DNA of 64,000 bases, from the IMG/VR virus record IMGVR_UViG_3300046005_000547, positions 62,001 to 126,000 of that record. One strand, given 5' to 3'. A program made the translations under genes and the position numbers. Below the pieces are notes generated by a model. That model had not been told where the DNA came from, did no database searches, and worked only from the letters and a program-made list of their open reading frames with translations. The first letter of the stretch is position 1; each line of letters begins with the position of its first letter. Below, piece after piece: positions 39,068 through 48,704 of this stretch.

Positions 39068-40870
39068 TTATCTACTCGAGGTGAATATGTGATTATACAC
39101 TCCATTATTACCAGACGATGAATCAATAATGGCATTAGTTGTTATGTTTGCTGGTAAAATTTGTAATATACCATTTCTAACACCAACAATATCATTCGAT
39201 TTTGGTATAATTATCAATTCAAAAGTAGGAGAATTCAATTTAGATATTGACATCCCATCAATATAGATTTTACCAGTTGAATAATTTACGGTTCCTTGAT
39301 TTAATACAACATAATCTTTATTGCCGTCTTTATCCAATTTATATCTTCTGATGTTTCCTTTGGTATCATCATCTAAGAAATAAACAGTGTCATCTCCAGT
39401 CATATAGAATCCAGTTGATTCCACGGAAACGCTTTTATTGTTTATTGGATTACCAATTTCAATGTTATATGGAGTCAATGTATTGAAATATAATGTAACA
39501 GGTTTTCTTATTTTTACGGTTGTAATGTTACCAAATACTGAATTATCAATATCATCTAATTGTTTGGATAATTTAGAGAATCTGAAAATTGAATCAAATT
39601 GATTTAATTCTTTTGAATTGTAATTTAGGATCTCGTTAAATGCCAATAAAGATATATCGGAAACAGTTCTACTAGTCTTTAATACATCAAAGTAGATTGT
39701 CGTATTTACTTCAACATTAACGTAAGAAGGATCCACAAATTCTGGTACAATACCAATAATGTTTTTATTCTTAACGATTTCAGAACGAATGTAATTCTTC
39801 TCAGGAGTCGTTAATTTTAAAGATTGTTTTGGTTTGATACAGATAAACACTTTACCATAAACTGGTGGTACATTATCTTCACCACCCCAAACCTTCACAA
39901 TATCGATATTGGCAAAATTATGTTTAATCAAAATGTTATAATCATCAACTGTAACCGCTCTATTGTTTGAATTTAACAATTTCGGAGCATTGAATTTTAT
40001 TTCTTCGATAGATTCCGGTTCATCACCGCCAATAGAAGGTTGGACTACATAACAAACCGAAGTTCCTGAAATGATTTGATTATCGAACGAAAAATACTTT
40101 ACACCATTTGCCGCAGATTTGTTTGTAACAAAGTATTCTAATATAACGATGTTACCATTATCTAAAGAAGTGCCAATTTTATCATTACCAAAATAGACTT
40201 CAAATTTGTTGTCGTAAATCTCTTTGATGAAGAACACTCTATCAGTTGATTTGGTGTCAATTATATCGGAAGCTAGATTGAACGTTGTTATCACATCACT
40301 TGATGAATTTTCTTTGACGTAAACTTTTAAAGAAGAAAGATCTACGTTTGCGTTTTGTATAATGTATCTTTGATTATCAGAAACAGGTATCGTTTGAATC
40401 AACGGGACACCTTCTTTCAGTTCAACATTATTGGTTCGATATTGACCATTAACCAATGGAATGGAAACAGATTGTAAATTATAGAAAGAGAATGTTCTAT
40501 TGTTGACTGTTCCAGTGAATTGGGAGTATTTGGGTAATGTAATTGTTGCAGGTTGAGAAACTGTATCTTTAATGATTAAATCGACAATCGCAGTTGATGC
40601 TCTAGCAGATCTAGGAGTATACCCCAATGAATTAGAGATAGATACAACATTTTGGCGTTTAGATGCCGTATCTAAAAATGATTCATTTAACGCAAAATTT
40701 GTATATAACGAATTGTAATGAGTATTATACGCAAGAATGTCTAATAACATAGACATACCAGCACCCTCGAAATTGTAATCTGATACAACAGATTGTCCTT
40801 TCAAGAATTGTTTCAAGTTGTCTTTAATGGATTCAAAATCTAAATCAGACACTGTTATTTGTTTATTCAT
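39068..40870 (-). CDS. Baseplate wedge subunit (gp6)
   Basis: LDFESIKDNLK, DYNFEG, LLDILAYNTHYN, NESFLD, NRAVT..DY, WGGEDN.PP.YGKVFI. Confidence 0.92.
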   Translation of the reverse strand: MNKQITVSDLDFESIKDNLKQFLKGQSVVSDYNFEGAGMSMLLDILAYNTHYNSLYTNFALNESFLDTASKRQNVVSISNSLGYTPRSARASTAIVDLIIKDTVSQPATITLPKYSQFTGTVNNRTFSFYNLQSVSIPLVNGQYRTNNVELKEGVPLIQTIPVSDNQRYIIQNANVDLSSLKVYVKENSSSDVITTFNLASDIIDTKSTDRVFFIKEIYDNKFEVYFGNDKIGTSLDNGNIVILEYFVTNKSAANGVKYFSFDNQIISGTSVCYVVQPSIGGDEPESIEEIKFNAPKLLNSNNRAVTVDDYNILIKHNFANIDIVKVWGGEDNVPPVYGKVFICIKPKQSLKLTTPEKNYIRSEIVKNKNIIGIVPEFVDPSYVNVEVNTTIYFDVLKTSRTVSDISLLAFNEILNYNSKELNQFDSIFRFSKLSKQLDDIDNSVFGNITTVKIRKPVTLYFNTLTPYNIEIGNPINNKSVSVESTGFYMTGDDTVYFLDDDTKGNIRRYKLDKDGNKDYVVLNQGTVNYSTGKIYIDGMSISKLNSPTFELIIIPKSNDIVGVRNGILQILPANITTNAIIDSSSGNNGVYNHIFTSSR

Positions 40871-40874
40871 GAAT

Positions 40875-41828
40875 TTACCTCATTCTTTCTAATGATAGAT
40901 CTAATGTAATTGGAACAGTCGATTCTGTAATATAATACGTTATAGTTATGTTATAATTGTGTTCGATGGAATCGACTGATATATCCATGACATTTGCTCT
41001 AGGTTCATAATTCCTTATTACGTCGGAGATTGTTCTTTTAATCAATAGATTAGTGATTAAAGATGGATTATCAAATAATAAATTCATACATTGAGAACCA
41101 AGTTTTGAATTAAACGGTCTTTCAAAATTGATTGTTTGGATTAAATGTTTGATAGATGTCGATACAGCATTATTATTAGTCTTGAACATAATATCTGCCG
41201 GAGTAGCAAATCTGTATTCCATGTTATTTGAATGAATCGTTCTACCAACTAGATACATGATTACATTTTGTACAATTTGGGTAATATCATCACTTCTAGT
41301 TTTCAATCTAACGTAATCCATATTGTTATAGATTACCATTTCGCCTTCTAACGGTTCAAAATATACACTAGAAGGATCGATGCCAATTATGTTATACGGG
41401 ATGATGGTTCCATCTGGTATATTTTCTGTAATCAAAGTGAAGATGATTTCCGCGCCTTCTTGTATAATATCGGCATTTATGGATAAAGTGTATTTCTCAT
41501 CTAAATTGTTCAATTTGGTAGAAGAAGTCGATTCTGGTTTAGAGGATATTTCTTTGTCAATTTTATCATACATGGTAACGGATGTTGAGAATAATGCGGT
41601 TGCATATAATTCTAATTCAGTGTCCGATATAATTGTTTTAATTTTACCAATAAACGAATTACTAACATAAAGATTATCGTCTATCGTAAGATATCGAGTA
41701 AATTCAGTACCAGAACCTATTACAATTGTAGAATGAGTATTATATGAAATAACACCAACGCCCTTATATCTTTCCAAAGAAGATGGATTTGGCATTAAAG
41801 TTAAATCTAAATCTTTATATCTTGTCAT
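40875..41828 (-). CDS. Baseplate wedge subunit (gp25) with a large internal insertion
   Basis: N-terminal YKDLDL..P and C-terminal AVSTSIKHLI...ERPF...IRNYEPRA...LERMR, separated by ~190 extra residues. Confidence 0.75.
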   Translation of the reverse strand: MTRYKDLDLTLMPNPSSLERYKGVGVISYNTHSTIVIGSGTEFTRYLTIDDNLYVSNSFIGKIKTIISDTELELYATALFSTSVTMYDKIDKEISSKPESTSSTKLNNLDEKYTLSINADIIQEGAEIIFTLITENIPDGTIIPYNIIGIDPSSVYFEPLEGEMVIYNNMDYVRLKTRSDDITQIVQNVIMYLVGRTIHSNNMEYRFATPADIMFKTNNNAVSTSIKHLIQTINFERPFNSKLGSQCMNLLFDNPSLITNLLIKRTISDVIRNYEPRANVMDISVDSIEHNYNITITYYITESTVPITLDLSLERMR

Positions 41829-42131
41829 ATGTTTATTCTGTATGTATTGTTTATATTATTTAATGGCATAGTGAAACGTCAATAATAATCCATCTATTAT
41901 CATCGTTAAATGTTTTTTAATGTTATGTTCAATCAACTCTACAGGATATTCTGAATCCATCTTATATTGGCGAATATCCATGTAGGATTAAATGTTAACA
42001 TCGAATCAACTATAATCATGTATCGAGGATGTCTTAATATAATCCTTTCGATGTATATTGTATCGAGTTTGATTATTGCAAGTTAAAGATTTCTCTTGAC
42101 TTTTCGAGGAAATATCGTTATAGTAGACTAT

Positions 42132-42302
42132 GTCGACGTTTCAGTTATTGCCTTTAAGGTCATTTTTATATTCTTTAATGTCTTCTATATTACTTCAAGA
42201 CTCTTTATCGACAATAATATACTCTATTCTAAACAATAATTCATCATTAAAATCTCTGCGTCTCAGATCCCGATAGAATGTAAAAGTTCTGTTGGGATTT
42301 TT
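42132..42302 (+). ncRNA. Predicted ~170-nt small RNA, unit 3
   Basis: TTGACT-N17-TATAGT promoter, conserved 5' end, terminator at 42267-42302; transcription is inferred. Confidence 0.45.
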
Positions 42303-42604
42303 ATTGGATAAAAATTTACATTATATTCAATTCCATCTTAACATCAAACCATCCATTATTTGTCCAATAATCCACCTTAATGGAATCTTTCCAATATACA
42401 TCAATCAACTCTACAGGATATAACCATTCCATCTTAAAATCCAAATATGGATTTCTATATTAAACAAGAACATCGAAGTTGTAAATTCAACATATCGAAA
42501 GAGTCTTAAAGATGGTGTTCGATAACATTAGACATCGAACTTGTAATAATCATGTATCGAGAAACTCCTTTCGAAATGATAAAAAAGACAGTATACTAGA
42601 CTAT

Positions 42605-42778
42605 GTCGATGTTTCAGTTATTGCCTTTACTTCAATTTTAATATTCTTCTATATCATTATTAGATTCTTTATAGACATTACTACAAGAACATAATATTGT
42701 CTTTATCGAGTAATTATTCATCATAAAATCTCTGCTCCTCAGATCCTGACATGAACTAAACATTATGTCAGGATTTTT
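42605..42778 (+). ncRNA. Predicted ~175-nt small RNA, unit 4
   Basis: TTTCGA-N17-TATACT promoter, terminator at 42743-42778; transcription is inferred. Confidence 0.45.
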
Positions 42779-43077
42779 ATTGGATAAAATTTACATAATC
42801 GGTTTGTTGAACTGATACTGGAACAACCATTATTTGTCCAATAATCCATCCTAGTGGAATCTTCTTGTAATATGTCAATCAACTCTACGAGATATATTGA
42901 TTCCATCTTAAAACAACAATATGGATGTCTATATTAAACAAGAACATCGAAGTTGTAAATTCAACATATCGAAAGACTATTGATAACATCGAAACGGAAT
43001 CTTAGACATCGAGTATGTAAACAACAACGATTAGAAACTCCTTTCGAAATGTCAGAAACTCGGATATACTAGACTAT

Positions 43078-43244
43078 GTCGACGTTTCAGTTAGTGTATC
43101 TATTGTTTTTCTAATATTCTTTATTGTCTTCTATATTACTACAAGACATTATCCTATTCTTTATCGAGTATATTCTATACAATAATCCAACATTAAAATC
43201 TCTGACATTCAGATCCCACCAGATTTATTCTGAGTGGGATTTTT
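43078..43244 (+). ncRNA. Predicted ~165-nt small RNA, unit 5
   Basis: TTTCGA-N17-TATACT promoter, terminator at 43213-43244; transcription is inferred. Confidence 0.45.
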
Positions 43245-43545
43245 ATTGTTTAAAATTTACAATATAACAATCCTATGTTGAATCATTAACATCCATTATT
43301 TGTCCGTTAATCCATCCTAGTGGAATCTTTGTATAATATGTCAATCAACTCTCTGCATGATATTCTGAATCCATCTTAAAACAACAAATATCCACGTTAA
43401 ATCAAACGTAATCATCGAAACAATAAACATCATGTATCGAAAGAGTCTTAAGAACATCGAAACAGAATATCGTTCATCGAGTCTGTATATTACAGGTTAA
43501 GAATACTCCTTTCGAAATGGTAGAAAATGTAGTATAGTAGACTAT

Positions 43546-43706
43546 GTCGACGTTTCAGTTATTACCTTTACTTTCATTAAGTGTTCTTCTATATTACTAC
43601 AAGACTCTTTATAGAGTATAATAATGTCTTTATCGAGCAATTATTCAACATTAAAATCTCTGTCATTCATATCCCGATGAGAACCAATCATTTCATCGGG
43701 ATTTTT
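43546..43706 (+). ncRNA. Predicted ~160-nt small RNA, unit 6
   Basis: TTTCGA-N17-TATAGT promoter, terminator at 43671-43706; transcription is inferred. Confidence 0.45.
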
Positions 43707-44099
43707 ATTGGATTCAATTTACAATATATCAGTTCTGTATTAGTTTGATAACATCCATTATTTTGCTCGTTAATGGACTCTAATGGAACGTTTCCAATAT
43801 ACATCAATCAACTCTACAGGATATAACCAATCCATCTTAAATCAACAATATAGACTGTTAAATTAAACATTAACATCGGAATCAATTATAATCATGTATC
43901 GAAAGAGTCTTAAGAACATCGAAGGATAATCTTTAACATCGAATGTGTAAATTACAATCATCTAGAAACTCCTTTCGAAATCGATAAAAAGACAGTATAC
44001 TAGACTATGTCGACGGTTTGAGTTAGTTCTATTAATATGTTTTAGTATTTTTCTATATTACTTCAAGACTCTTTATAGACTTTATTCTTTTATTATTCC

Positions 44100-44127
44100 T
44101 TTCGATTAACATTTTATTCACTATAAT
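44100..44127 (+). promoter_or_regulatory. Phage promoter TTTCGA-N16-TATAAT for ligase
   Basis: tttcga at 44100, tataat at 44122 followed by aga. Confidence 0.7.
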
Positions 44128-44164
44128 AGAACTCGTTACTTAACTTTATACAGGAAACTTTAAT

Positions 44165-45541
44165 ATGTCAGTCACTAGAATCATCAATGAATTACGTTCA
44201 ACCAATTCAAGAAATGACAAAATCGCCATCTTAACAGAAAACAAAGATAATGAAACGTTAAAACGAGTATTGGTTCTTGCGTTAGATCCAACAATTCAAT
44301 TCTATCAACGTAAGATTCCATCATTCACATTTTCTGGTAATCTTATTGAATTCAACAACGCATTAGATCTTCTGTCAACATTATCCAGTAGAGAATTAAC
44401 GGGAAATGCTGCTGTTGAATTCTTATCAACATTATTATCTGATGTTTCAAACGATGAAGCTGAAATCATCAAATTGATTATCCAGAAAGACTTGAAATGT
44501 GGAGTCAATGAATCAACTGTTAATAAAGTTTGGGGTAACTTAATTCCTGATTACCCTTATCAAAGATGTTCGTCTATCTCTAGTGTCAAATTAGATAAAT
44601 GGAATTTACAGGATGGAATCTTCTCTCAATTGAAAGCAGATGCTCTATACTGTAACCTTAATCATGATGAATTTGGCGATGTTAAGATGTTATCTCGAAA
44701 TGGTAAAGAATTCCCATTAGACAAATTCCAGGACATTGTATACCAAACCAAATTACATTTACAGACCAACACTCAGACACAAGGTGAGTTGATGGTTAAA
44801 CGAGATGGGATTATCTTACCGCGCGAACAATCTAATGGATCTATCAATAGTGTTTCAAAAGGTGGAGATTTTGGTGTTGGTGAAGAACCTTATTTTGTTG
44901 TATGGGATCAAGTTCCATTAGATGAAGTTGGATCTAAATGTTCAATCAAAATTCCATACAAAGATAGATTCGTTACATTAACAAGTCAAGTATCTAATGT
45001 AAATGGTTGTATCGAATTGATTGAAACAAGAATTGTACATTCTATCGATGAGATGATTGAACATTTTGAACATAATCTGAAATTGGGATTAGAAGGTTCT
45101 GTTGTCAAAAATCCAAATGGATTCTGGGAAGATAAGACAAGCAAAGACCAAGTGAAATTGAAATTGGAAGTTGATTCAATTGAACTTGAAGTCATTGGAT
45201 TCAAAGAAGGTAAAGGTAAGAACGCAAATACATTTGGTTCAATTATCTGTCAATCATCTTGCGGTCAATTGAAAGTTGCTATCTCGGGAATGCCTGACAA
45301 CAAACGAATGGAAATCCATAAGAAACGTGATGAAATGATTGGTTCCATTATTTCTGTCAAAGCAAATGCAATCACAGAACCAAATAAAGGTAATCCATTG
45401 TATTCTTTATTCTTGCCTAGATTCGAAGAAGAACGATATGATAAGAACACTGCTGATAGTCTTGATGAAATTCAATTGAAATTTGAAAGTGCTATCTCAG
45501 ACATTAAAGATAAATTGTTGAAACAATATAAAGGTAAATGA
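44165..45541 (+). CDS. ATP-dependent DNA ligase (gp30)
   Basis: QKDLKCG, motif I QLKADA, SRNGK, GELMV, EGSVVK, KLKLE, SLFLPRF. Confidence 0.9.
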   Translation: MSVTRIINELRSTNSRNDKIAILTENKDNETLKRVLVLALDPTIQFYQRKIPSFTFSGNLIEFNNALDLLSTLSSRELTGNAAVEFLSTLLSDVSNDEAEIIKLIIQKDLKCGVNESTVNKVWGNLIPDYPYQRCSSISSVKLDKWNLQDGIFSQLKADALYCNLNHDEFGDVKMLSRNGKEFPLDKFQDIVYQTKLHLQTNTQTQGELMVKRDGIILPREQSNGSINSVSKGGDFGVGEEPYFVVWDQVPLDEVGSKCSIKIPYKDRFVTLTSQVSNVNGCIELIETRIVHSIDEMIEHFEHNLKLGLEGSVVKNPNGFWEDKTSKDQVKLKLEVDSIELEVIGFKEGKGKNANTFGSIICQSSCGQLKVAISGMPDNKRMEIHKKRDEMIGSIISVKANAITEPNKGNPLYSLFLPRFEEERYDKNTADSLDEIQLKFESAISDIKDKLLKQYKGK

Positions 45542-45542
45542 T

Positions 45543-46031
45543 ATGCCAAACGTTATAACAGATCTGGAAATTAAACAGTTTGTTAAATCAATAATGAGCT
45601 GTAGTATTAACGATATCGAATCTGTATCCAAGAAATGGTGTGACGATGTTAATACCAAACAAATTGTAGTTGACCTTGGTAAGAAAGAACTTAATGACTT
45701 ATGGAAATATGTTATACAACATACAAATTGGGACAGATATCTAAGTTCCATTGAATTTAAAGATGTTATACAGAAATGGCAATTGACTCAACAATTCGAT
45801 TCAATCGATAAAGCAGAAGAACGACATACAATTGAACCAAAACAAATTTGGAATCATAATGAATTTAATACAGACCATGAAATTGTATCCGTAGGCGAAA
45901 TTGTATCCGTAGGCAAATCGTTTTTGAATGTACAAGAAGATATATTTGATTGCGTTACATATAAAACGTCTGAATTCGATGCAACCGTTAAATTAGATTA
46001 TTTCCTAAGGAATTTCAAGAGAAAATCTTGA
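45543..46031 (+). CDS. Hypothetical protein (18-bp duplication EIVSVG x2 at 45879-45914)
   Basis: 162-aa ORF in the ligase operon. Confidence 0.6.
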   Translation: MPNVITDLEIKQFVKSIMSCSINDIESVSKKWCDDVNTKQIVVDLGKKELNDLWKYVIQHTNWDRYLSSIEFKDVIQKWQLTQQFDSIDKAEERHTIEPKQIWNHNEFNTDHEIVSVGEIVSVGKSFLNVQEDIFDCVTYKTSEFDATVKLDYFLRNFKRKS

Positions 46032-46032
46032 A

Positions 46033-46061
46033 TTGACTTAGATACAAATAATCATTATAAT
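46033..46061 (+). promoter_or_regulatory. Sigma70-like promoter TTGACT-N17-TATAAT upstream of gp55
   Basis: Near-consensus -35 and -10 with 17-bp spacing. Confidence 0.7.
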
Positions 46062-46144
46062 GTGTTGTAGAATTATCGTTTAAATCATCCATCTTAAATC
46101 AACAAATAAATGGATAAAATCAATGTAATTATCGGAGAACTATC

Positions 46145-46792
46145 TTGACAGAAGAAACAAACCAAGTGACGCCAGAAGAAATTCAAAAACGAGAATATGT
46201 CAACAAGGAAGAATTATACAATTCAATTGTTGAACGTAAGCGACTAATTAAAGAAGCAGAACTTGATGGTAAACCAAAACCAGCGATTACTCGATACCAA
46301 GCAGAATGTATCATTAAGATTGCTCACAAATATGTCAACAGACCTGGATTCTTTAGCTATTCATTTAAAGATGAAATGATTCAAGACGCTATCTTAAATG
46401 GTATCAAGTATTTCGATTCATTCGATCCAGAACGTTCTACTCAACCGTTTTCATATATCACGGCATCCGTTCATAATACATTTGTACAACGTATTTTGAA
46501 GGAACGAAAACAGACTTACGTTAGACAACAATTAATTAAGAATGTTGATTTGTCTTCTATCCTCGAATCAGAAACTGATAATCAAGATATTGTAACAGAA
46601 TATGTTGAAATCATTAAAGGGTATCAACAATCTGATTATTCAGAGTATTATGAAAAGAAGATTAAAGAGAAAGTCGTCAAGGAACATCGAAATGCATTAA
46701 TGGATTTCCTGGATGAACCTAATACAACAATTCAAGAAATCCCTGAATTGGAATTAGATGAATCTGAAATTGAAAAATTATTACAGGAATAA
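46145..46792 (+). CDS. Late-transcription sigma factor (gp55)
   Basis: YVNKEEL, IIKIA..Y..RPGFFSYSFKDEMIQDA, FDPERSTQPFSYIT, FVQRILKERKQ. Confidence 0.9.
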   Translation: MTEETNQVTPEEIQKREYVNKEELYNSIVERKRLIKEAELDGKPKPAITRYQAECIIKIAHKYVNRPGFFSYSFKDEMIQDAILNGIKYFDSFDPERSTQPFSYITASVHNTFVQRILKERKQTYVRQQLIKNVDLSSILESETDNQDIVTEYVEIIKGYQQSDYSEYYEKKIKEKVVKEHRNALMDFLDEPNTTIQEIPELELDESEIEKLLQE

Positions 46793-46793
46793 C

Positions 46794-47045
46794 ATGAAAA
46801 CCATTATTGTAAGTTCAAACAAATTGTTATTGAGTAACGGTAAAATTGTAATCTCTATCTTAGAATCATTGGACCTTAAAACTATTACAGAAATGATTGA
46901 TTATATTGTAGATAACAATTTTGATTATTCATCTTATACAATTTTTGCCAATCATAAATCAAGAGGTGTTGTATTCCATATGAAAAATAAAGATAATGTT
47001 GAATTAACATTTACTGATAACGTAGCAACCATCGAGATTAAATAA
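46794..47045 (+). CDS. Hypothetical protein
   Basis: ORF from ATG 46794 (MKTIIVSS) with agga RBS. Confidence 0.55.
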   Translation: MKTIIVSSNKLLLSNGKIVISILESLDLKTITEMIDYIVDNNFDYSSYTIFANHKSRGVVFHMKNKDNVELTFTDNVATIEIK

Positions 47046-47362
47046 TGGACATTGAAATTAAAGGTGATGTAAATTTAATCAATAGAACTACCCCAGAAAT
47101 TGATTTTCTAGCTAGAACTTTCGATGACAAAGAATTTATCTTTGAACTCAGAAGAAATCATAATGAAGAAATGTTATCTGATTGGTTGACAAAATGGTTC
47201 AATTCATTAGATAAAACGACATTCCAAAACATTGAAATGTATAAAATTGAAAATGCTGGTATTTTCGTAACCAAAATGAAAGCAATCACAAAATTGGATG
47301 TAAAAATTAAAATTCGAATTGGATATAGTTCAATCAGAATCAATATCAAACAAGGTAATTAA
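47045..47362 (+). CDS. Hypothetical protein
   Basis: 105-aa ORF, translationally coupled. Confidence 0.6.
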   Translation: MDIEIKGDVNLINRTTPEIDFLARTFDDKEFIFELRRNHNEEMLSDWLTKWFNSLDKTTFQNIEMYKIENAGIFVTKMKAITKLDVKIKIRIGYSSIRINIKQGN

Positions 47363-47365
47363 TAC

Positions 47366-47647
47366 ATGATTAAAATAGAATTAAATGGGGATTCGGATTC
47401 AATTAAAGGCGACAAATATGTAATCGATAAAATTATTACAATTTTTGACAACGATACGTTAAAATTTGGTTCATATGATTTCGAAGATACATTTGATAAA
47501 TTTTGGAATGTTGATTCCATGATTCATTCTTATCAGTTAATGTTATTAGATTCTCATTATGAATTTGAACTAAAGACATACAACAAACATAAAATCAAAT
47601 GTACTCTGGTTCCAGATAAACTTAAAATCGAGGTTGTCGATGGATAA
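47366..47647 (+). CDS. Hypothetical protein, possibly paralogous to the preceding ORF
   Basis: IELNGD..ID..IFDN versus IEIKGD..ID..TFDD. Confidence 0.55.
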   Translation: MIKIELNGDSDSIKGDKYVIDKIITIFDNDTLKFGSYDFEDTFDKFWNVDSMIHSYQLMLLDSHYEFELKTYNKHKIKCTLVPDKLKIEVVDG

Positions 47648-48704
47648 AGTTATTATACTTGGTGATTTACATTACGGTGCAAGAAACAATTCCATTGTAT
47701 TCCATAGACAAATGGATCTGTTTGCCAATAATGTTTTAATTCCATACATGAATGAACATAATATCAAAACCATCTTCCAATTAGGAGATTGTTGGGACAT
47801 TAGAAAGAACGTCAATTTTCTTACATTATATGAAGCCAAAAACAACTTCTTTGATAAATTAAAGGAAAATGATATTACATTTCATACTCTAGCTGGTAAT
47901 CATGATAGTTACTTCAGGGAAACATTGGAAATCAATTCCTCTAACCTCTTGTTAAGAGAATATGATAACGTAATTGTATATGATAAACCTATTACAATAG
48001 AATATAACGGAACTCCTATTGATATCATTCCATGGGTCTGCGCAGATAATCGAAATGATGTTAATACAATTTTACAAGAAAGTCCCAGTAAATTGTGCTT
48101 CGGACATTTTGAATTTTCTGGTTTCCCGATGTACAAGGGAGTAGAGAGTCATGGTGGAGTGACTGTTGATACATTTTATAAGAAATACGATTTAATTGAA
48201 ACAGGACATTTCCATACGCAATCTGAAAATGGCAACGTACATTATACAGGAACTCCGTTAGAATTCACATGGAGTGATTTTAATGACCAGAAATACTTCC
48301 ATGTACTTGATATTAAAACACTTGATAGACTGTCTATACCAAATCCATATAAAGTATTTGCCAGAATTGAATATGATGATTCAAACACTGATTATACAAA
48401 AGAATCAGTTGCTGAGTATTCTGGGAAATATGTTAAAGTTATTGTAATCAATAAGAAAGACTTATATGCATATGATACATTCATGAAAAGATTGTATTCT
48501 GCAGGGTGTAATGATATTAAAGTCATGGAAGATCTAACTGAATACCAAGAAGGAATAATCGATGAGAAGATTGATTTGACGGATACAAGAGTAATCATGA
48601 GTAATTACGTTGATTCCATTGATTCAAAATGCGATAAACAAAAAATCAAAAATCTATTATCGGGATTGTTTAATGAAGCAATTAATGTATCTGACAAAGG
48701 ATGA
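47640..48704 (+). CDS. Recombination endonuclease subunit (gp47, Mre11/SbcD-like)
   Basis: GDLHYG, LGDCWD, GNHD, GHFE, GHFH phosphoesterase motifs. Confidence 0.92.
   Translation: MDKVIILGDLHYGARNNSIVFHRQMDLFANNVLIPYMNEHNIKTIFQLGDCWDIRKNVNFLTLYEAKNNFFDKLKENDITFHTLAGNHDSYFRETLEINSSNLLLREYDNVIVYDKPITIEYNGTPIDIIPWVCADNRNDVNTILQESPSKLCFGHFEFSGFPMYKGVESHGGVTVDTFYKKYDLIETGHFHTQSENGNVHYTGTPLEFTWSDFNDQKYFHVLDIKTLDRLSIPNPYKVFARIEYDDSNTDYTKESVAEYSGKYVKVIVINKKDLYAYDTFMKRLYSAGCNDIKVMEDLTEYQEGIIDEKIDLTDTRVIMSNYVDSIDSKCDKQKIKNLLSGLFNEAINVSDKG

Larger units (their letters stand above)
41870..44095 (+). repeat. Tandem array of five ~470-bp non-coding units
   Basis: Anchor agactatgtcga at 42125, 42598, 43071, 43539 and 44002 (spacings 473, 473, 468, 463); shared boxes in the same order; no conserved ORF. 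Confidence 0.95.

Noticed and set aside
42512-42745. Peptide-coding interpretation of the repeat units (60-aa ORF at 42512; - strand GAGGAG...ATG near 42725)
   Set aside because: Equivalent - strand frames in units 3-6 give peptides of 7, 28, 10 and 20 aa with no conserved length or frame, and the + strand ORF has no counterpart that I could see in the other units
41870-44095. CRISPR array interpretation of the repeat region
   Set aside because: The period is ~470 bp with many short degenerate boxes, not 25-45-bp identical repeats with unique spacers; there is no cas operon in the window
44627-44650. Inactive ligase because motif I reads KADA instead of KxDG
   Set aside because: It is a single substitution with the catalytic Lys and other motifs intact; insufficient evidence
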